Source of the DNA: an uncultured Methylomirabilota bacterium
Lineage (GTDB): Bacteria; Methylomirabilota; Methylomirabilia; Methylomirabilales; 2-02-FULL-66-22
Direction of reading: 5' to 3'
Assembly (NCBI GenBank): GCA_963705305.1
Contig: OY970067.1
Location: 2,016,001 to 2,080,000 of the forward strand
Length of the DNA stretch: 64,000 nt
This document shows, piece after piece, positions 58,551 to 64,000 of the stretch. Made by a program: the position numbers and the translations under genes. Positions within the stretch are counted from its first letter, which is position 1. The number at the start of each line of letters is the position of its first letter. Under the pieces are notes generated by a model that worked only from the letters and a program-made list of their open reading frames with translations, did no database searches and had not been told where the DNA came from.

Positions 58551-61066
58551 GGGCTGCTCTCCTTGTGGGACGGCGATGCGTCCCGTCCAGTAGAGCAGAG
58601 TTTTCACTTAAACGCCTGTCCTATTTTCCGGAACCGGCTCTGTGAGTTCCGTCTGAGCAAATGCGACGGGGAACAGCCACAAATTGGTGCTTAGAATTGA
58701 CCACGGTACAGACAACAATTCCCCGCATTTCGTACCCGAGGAGAATATCTCGGCTACCCCTGCGCCGCCGAATACGTCCGGGGCTTGTGCGTCTAGGATT
58801 GCCTGGCCGACGTGCAGGGCTTCAATGGCGTTATTGGGCTGCCGCCAAAGGTTGACCGCGAGCGTGCTCTCTGTTGGATCTGCGGCAGCGTTTCTTCGGC
58901 GTGCGAGAATGAGTGTTTCCCCTAGATTCGTGTTCTCGGAGAAGTTCCAGCGTTGCGGGTCATGGCTGACGATGATGTACTCGAGGTGGTATTCGTCGGC
59001 AAACAATTCTCTTGTCTTCTGCCAGGCGACACCGGAAAGGAGGGAGCGCGGGAGGACAAGGGCTAGTCTGCCATTGGGCTTCAGGTACTTATCGCCCAAC
59101 GCGACGAATACTGAGCCAAGGCCAGCGGTGATGCTAGCCTTGAGATGAGTTCGCCTTACGACGGCACCGAGTTTGGCCTGCATTCGAGCGCGTTCCGTGG
59201 TGGGCAGGGTGCCAAAAAGACGGTTGGGTTGTCTGCTGCTCGTAAACGGCGGATTCATTATGCATAGGTCTAGGTCCGGAAGTTGAATTGCATGCTGGTT
59301 GGTGGTGGCCGCCGGACTCGTGCCGGAAACCATTTGCCCTCGGGATAACAGGGAAGGGTCTAGAGTTCTGGACTCTAAGAACTCCAGGCTACCCATTTTG
59401 CCTTCCGGACCGCCAAAGGCAAGTTGGCTTAGGTTGGTGACGTTGATCGGGATGCTTGGGACTCGGAGGGTTAGGGTGGAGGCTGTAAGGTGAATGGCCG
59501 ATTGGAGAACGTCAAAACCGTAGAGCACATCGCTAACGATGGCTCGTTGCAATTCGTCAAAGTTGGGCCTAACCCTTTGGCGAACGCAGGCGTGAACGTA
59601 ATTGTCGGTGATTGAGTCCGCTGCTGCCATTAAGAGAGTACCGGTACCGCAGGCGAGATCAGCGACCCGCAGAGAGGCGATGCTTTGAGGGCTCGACCAG
59701 TCAGCGGGGTATACGGGGCCGCTGAGGGCAAGCTTGGCCAATAGAGTCGCAGAGGGGATTGAGGTGTAAAACGCGCCTAGGTACTTCGCTTCCTCGAGGA
59801 GCCTATGGTAGATCCGGCCAGCTAAATCATGGCGTAGTGGGGCACGCCAAGCGACAATCTGGAGGGCTGCGTCAATGAGTCTCGTGATAGCCTGGTGCAC
59901 GGGTTGGTCGGCGGAAAGAGAGGCAATTATTTTGCGTGCGATGGCAAAGATGGGGTAGTAGTTAACTTCCTCCAATATGAATCGCCAATGATCGGCGATC
60001 CCGTTTACGACTTCCTGGGGGCCGCGAAAGCGTTGGAGAGGGTGTACGTCTCGCCTACTTCGAGAGAGAACTTCCTGAAAAATCAGAGCGTTCAAGACCA
60101 CAAGTCCGGATATTCTGCAAACGGCAGTGTGTTGTCTTTGGCGTAGCCTTGTGCTTCTCGTCGGGGGGAGGGGCGGAAGGTCGAGGGCCGCTGCGAATCT
60201 TTCTACCGTAGCAGGTTGGCTGATAAGTGTGCCGACAAGCAGGTTGACGTTTTGTTCAACGATGTCAACAGCTCGTGCCAATACCTCATCCCGAACCAAT
60301 TGCTCGTAGCAACGACGCAGTGAGTCAGCGATATCGTCTATTGTTCCGCGTTGGAATGGGAGGGTGCGCCGGGGAGCGGGAAATAGCTCAAGCTGCTCGA
60401 GCGTAGCAAAGGACTCCGTTACAATGGCAAATCGTAGAGGGTTAGTTGGTATCGAATGCTGAGGGAAGTGATTCGAAGTCCAGCGTCCGAAAATCTACCG
60501 GATAAATGACCGCCATGCCGATGTGTGCGATTCCGTTTTCTACTCTCTCCTGGGCGGCATCGTAAGCCGCTCGCTCGGCATTGCGCGTGCTTGAGAACTC
60601 GGCTTCTATTGCAAGCCTGAGCCCGTTGAAATCCACAATCACATCGGGGAGCGCGGTTCTGCCGGTCAGCGGGGTGGGAAGAATCAGTTCAGGTGCGGCG
60701 ATTAGTCCACGCTGTTGTAGGACCTGGGCCAGGACTGTGTTAACGACTTCCTGACGTTTTGCGCGGACCATGCAGCGGGCCCTCTTTACATGCTGAAGCG
60801 TGCCGCAAGTGGGCAGAGAATGTGAGACCGCAATGTGCCCCGGATAATACTTGAGAGGCTGGGTGGCGACAAGCGGTTTTTGGAGGGCAACTCCGCCCCT
60901 GGAAGGCCCACTCGCCAAGGCCCCCAAGACGGAAGCAACGGGACAAATTGAGTTGCCCCGTTGACGGGCCTTTGCCCTCTCTTTTTGCAAGCAATCTCCG
61001 TCCGCGCCGTGAGCGAGGGAACCCTCGCTAACACCCGCCGGAAGAAAATGGACCTGTCATTACTAT

Positions 61067-61117
61067 TTGTATTGACATCCCTCCTGTCCTGCCCTATATT
61101 CTCGGTAGACAATACAA
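61067..61117 (+). promoter_or_regulatory. Consensus promoter bracketed by inverted repeats
   Basis: TTGACA-N17-TATATT (61072-61100); TTGTATTGAC and GACAATACAA on either side. Confidence 0.7.
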
Positions 61118-61129
61118 GCGGGGGGCATC

Positions 61130-61825
61130 ATGAAGGCCATCGGGTACATTCGGGTAAGCACGGAAGGGCAGGCGGACACCGGGGTGAGCCTGGAGGCGCA
61201 GCGGGAGCGCATCGAGGCGTGGGCGACGGCGAACGGAGCGGAGCTGCTGACTATCCACCAGGACGCGGGGCTTTCCGCGAAGCGGGCGGATAACCGGCCC
61301 GCGTTGCAGGCGGCCCTCGCGCAAGCCTGCCGGGAGCGGGCGGCCTTGGTGGTGTACTCCCTGTCCAGGCTGTCCCGGAGCATCAAGGATACCCTTCAGA
61401 TCGGGGAACGGCTGGCCAAGGCGGGCGCCGACCTGGTGAGCCTGTCGGAGCGGATTGACACCACGAACGCGGCGGGGCGGATGGTGTTCAACATGCTGGC
61501 CGTCCTGAGCCAATTCGAGCGGGAGCAGATCGGGGAGCGCACCCGGACGGCCATGTCCCACCTACGGACCCAGGGCCGGCGGATCTCCGGGGCGATCCCC
61601 TTCGGGTACGACTTGGCCCAGGACGGCGCTACCCTCACCGAGAACCCCGGGGAGCAGGCGAACGTCCGGCTGATTTGCGACCTCCGGGGCGAGGGATGGA
61701 GCCTCCGCGCCATTGCGGGCGAGCTGGGGCGGCGGGGCATCCCGACCAAGAGCGGACGGCCCTGGTCGGCCACGGTGATTCGAGGCATCATCGCGCGCGC
61801 CCGCCACCTGGAGCGGGCGGCGTAG
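61130..61825 (+). CDS. Serine recombinase (resolvase domain + recombinase DNA-binding domain)
   Basis: GYIRVSTEGQ, NRPAL, SLSRLSRS, FEREQIGERT, PFGY, IPTKSGRPW. Confidence 0.93.
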   Translation: MKAIGYIRVSTEGQADTGVSLEAQRERIEAWATANGAELLTIHQDAGLSAKRADNRPALQAALAQACRERAALVVYSLSRLSRSIKDTLQIGERLAKAGADLVSLSERIDTTNAAGRMVFNMLAVLSQFEREQIGERTRTAMSHLRTQGRRISGAIPFGYDLAQDGATLTENPGEQANVRLICDLRGEGWSLRAIAGELGRRGIPTKSGRPWSATVIRGIIARARHLERAA

Positions 61826-61838
61826 GGAGGCACACCCC

Positions 61839-62072
61839 ATGACCGCGAAGAAGCCCACACCCGAGCAGACGAGGAAGCTGGACAAGCTGGCGAAGGCCCT
61901 CAAGGACGTTCCCCCGGAGCGTCTGCGGACGATCCTGCGCAAGAATGCCGTCCTGCAAATTCGCCTGTCCGCAACGGAGAAGGCCAGTATCGAGCAGGCG
62001 GCGAAGCGGCGCGGCCTGAGCGTGACAAGCTACATTCTGCGATTGCATGAGCAGGCAGACCGCCTGCAGTAA
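61839..62072 (+). CDS. Ribbon-helix-helix protein (DUF1778/CopG-like)
   Basis: LQIRLSATEKASIEQAAKRRGLSVTSYIL; GGGAGG RBS. Confidence 0.8.
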   Translation: MTAKKPTPEQTRKLDKLAKALKDVPPERLRTILRKNAVLQIRLSATEKASIEQAAKRRGLSVTSYILRLHEQADRLQ

Positions 62073-62091
62073 AGACAGGAGGGGAGGTAGC

Positions 62092-63400
62092 ATGGGCGAG
62101 AAGCGCACCCAGGAAAGCGGAATAGCGGAAATGGTGAAGGGGAAGCGACCAGCCGCACCCAAGGTCAAAGGCGTGTTTGAGCGCGGCGGGGAGTGGTGGA
62201 TTCGCTGGCACTGTACCCTTGGCCACGAACACCGGGAGAAGGTCGGCCCCCGTGGGCTGGCGAAGGAACGGCACGGGGCCAGGCGGCGAGAGGTGCGAGA
62301 GGCCCGGCGGGATGGGCGGGAGTATTGTCCGAACCTTGACCCCCGACCGCATCCGATCATGTTCAAGGACCTCTGCCGAGAGTACAAGGCCTATGCCGAG
62401 GCGAACAAGCGCTCGCACCGGGACGACCGCCCGCGGCTGGCCAGGCTGCTGAAAGCCTTCCGCCGGAAGCTTGCTCGCGATATCACGCCCCAGGACGTAG
62501 AGGCCCTCAAGGTCTCGTTGGCCACTACGGCCCGCGGCGGCCGGCGGGGCGGCGATCCCGAGGAAAGGGGTAACCCCCTGAAGGTCGCGACCGTGAATCA
62601 CCACTTGAAGCTGCTCAAGGCGATCTTCAATCGCGGGATCAAGACAGGGAAGCTGACCTATAACCCCGTGCGAGCGGTCAAGCTGTTCAAGGAGAACAAT
62701 GCCCGGAATCGGTGCCTGAGTGCCGAGGAAGAGGCCCGGCTGTTCGCGCACCTTCCCGAGAGCATCAAGCCCCTGGTGACCGTGGCCCTTCACACGGGGA
62801 TGAGGCAGGGAGAGCTATTGGCCCTCCGGTGGGATGACGTGGATTTCTACACGGGGACGCTTAGGGTCCGCGAGGCTAAGTCGGGCGAGGGGCGATCCGT
62901 GGTGATGAACAGCGTTGTCCGGGCTGCGCTCCAAACCGTGCGGCGGGAGCAGATCCAGAAGGCCCGGGCGGAGGCGAAAGGCGGGCGGGAGATCCTGAGC
63001 CCCTACGTGTTCTGCTCAAACAAGGGCCGTTTCCTGCACAACCTCGCCAAGGCCTGGTATCCGGCCCTGGAGGCGGCAGGAATCGAAGATTTTCGTTTCC
63101 ATGACCTCCGGACACACCTTCGCATCTCGCCTTGCAATGGCGGGCGTGGACCTGTACACCGTGCAACGGGCCGGGGGGTGGAAAACGGCGGTCATGGTCC
63201 AGCGGTACGCGCACCTGTCGCCGGACCATGTACGCGCGGCGGTGGAGCGGCTGACTCAGCGTGGAAGCGGCACCCAGACCGGCACCAGGGCTTTTCGTGG
63301 GAATCCCGGCGACGGCGTAAGTGCTGAAGAACACATGGTGACCCGGCCGGGAGTCGAACCCGGAACACCCGGCTTAAAAGGCCGGTACTCTGCCAGTTGA
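62092..63400 (+). pseudogene. Tyrosine integrase with a +1 frameshift at 63110-63112 inside HDLRH
   Basis: HTGMRQGEL, AKSG, FRFHDLR then HTFASRL...GGWKT...QRYAH in the next frame; removing one base gives 435 aa; may be a read error. Confidence 0.88.
63299..63380. repeat. att repeat (tRNA-proximal copy)
   Basis: 82-bp match to 49315-49396. Confidence 0.95.
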
Positions 63401-63411
63401 GCTACCGGGTC
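63336..63411 (-). tRNA. tRNA-Lys (UUU)
   Basis: 76 nt: GACCCGG acceptor, TAGCTCAACTGGCAGAG D arm, CCGGC-CTTTTAA-GCCGG anticodon arm, GGTTCGACTCC, encoded CCA. Confidence 0.97.
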
Positions 63412-63503
63412 AGGCGGAACGATCGAAGACGGATCAAATTATAGCCCCGCGCGGCGGGACAGTCAAAAGAGACTGACCTCACCCGAGCCACGGCCCCTCG
63501 CGC

Positions 63504-64000
63504 TCAGGCCAGGCCCCAGCCTTTCCACAGGGTGCTGGGCCGGACGATGGTCTGGTCGCGGCGCGGGCCCGTGGAGATGAGGGTGAACGGCACGCCCACC
63601 AGCTCCTCCAGGTGCTTGACATATGATCGGCACGTGGCCGGCAGCGCGGTCTCGTCGAGGACGCCGACGGTGGTCTGTCGCCAGCCCGGCAGCGTTTCGT
63701 ACACCGGATGGCACTCGGCCAAGACATCCGGGTCGCTGGGGAATTCCTCGAGCAGCTCCCCCCCGTACCGGTAGCCGGTGCACACCAGGATCGGGTCCAG
63801 CTCGTCCAACACGTCCAGCTTGGTCAGGGCGATGGCATCCAGCCCGTTGACGCGGGCCGCATAGCGCACCCCCACGGCATCGAACCAGCCCGTCCGGCGA
63901 GGGCGGCCGGTGGTGGCGCCGAACTCCGCCCCGCGCTTGCGGATCAGCTCGCCCGTGGCGTCGGTCAGCTCCGTCGGGAACGGCCCCTCGCCCACGCGGG
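63504..64000 (-). CDS. purA: Adenylosuccinate synthetase, 3' part (5' end outside window)
   Basis: RVGEGPFPTE, EFGATTGRPRRTGWFD, TKLDVLD, ISTGP.R. Confidence 0.97.
   Translation of the reverse strand, partial: RVGEGPFPTELTDATGELIRKRGAEFGATTGRPRRTGWFDAVGVRYAARVNGLDAIALTKLDVLDELDPILVCTGYRYGGELLEEFPSDPDVLAECHPVYETLPGWRQTTVGVLDETALPATCRSYVKHLEELVGVPFTLISTGPRRDQTIVRPSTLWKGWGLA

Larger units (their letters stand above)
57359..58641 (-). mobile_element. IS3-family insertion sequence, 1283 bp
   Basis: Imperfect 25-bp IRs AGAGCCGGTTCC...GGACA / AGCGGTGGCCCC...GGACA; 3-bp TSD GTG (57356-58, 58642-44). Confidence 0.92.
56559..60771 (-). pseudogene. Type IIG restriction-modification enzyme (PD-ExK REase + N6-adenine MTase + TRD), disrupted
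   Basis: LPDVIV...AIEAE, ADLACGTGTLL, MNPPF; removing the IS3 + TSD and single extra bases at ~60446 and ~57238 gives a continuous 974-aa ORF. Confidence 0.88.
49315..63380. mobile_element. Integrated phage-satellite-like (PICI-like) element at tRNA-Lys
   Basis: 82-bp direct repeats at both ends; integrase, xis, primase-helicase, TerS-like gene and lower-GC cargo; no capsid, tail or conjugation genes. Confidence 0.9.

Noticed and set aside
49315..63380. Full prophage or ICE
   Set aside because: No capsid, portal, large terminase, tail, lysis, relaxase or T4SS genes between the att sites
1..64000. CRISPR array or rRNA
   Set aside because: No regularly spaced repeat-spacer series, cas genes or rRNA signatures seen

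Overview
High-GC bacterial chromosome segment; the tungsten-type AOR and the glycyl-radical enzyme point to an anaerobe or facultative anaerobe. Positions 1-49 kb are mostly metabolic and regulatory genes: a multi-PAS hybrid kinase; a minus-strand ABC transporter/Ldh_2/OYE/NIPSNAP operon; AOR+MoaD; an RhlB-like helicase; two Zn dehydrogenases; and two tandem modules, each headed by a paralogous LacI gene with its own operator. Module 1 is an SdhA-like flavoprotein, CoA transferase, MaoC and acyl-CoA dehydrogenase. Module 2 is TRAP DctQMP, a diol-dehydratase-like glycyl radical enzyme with an apparently altered active site, its activase, an SDR and a beta-hydroxyacid dehydrogenase. A Y1/RAYT-type transposase lies between 23-bp terminal inverted repeats. 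Positions 49315-63380 are a ~14-kb phage-satellite-like element integrated at tRNA-Lys(UUU) with 82-bp att repeats. It carries xis, primase-helicase, a TerS-like gene, two RxxxxH (HEPN-like) proteins, a type IIG R-M gene broken by IS3 and two frameshifts, a serine resolvase, an RHH protein, and a tyrosine integrase whose frame runs through the att site. The 3' part of purA ends the window. The best candidates for undescribed systems are the TRAP-GRE catabolic module and the satellite with its att-switched integrase tail and HEPN cargo. All family calls come from motif recognition, not database searches.
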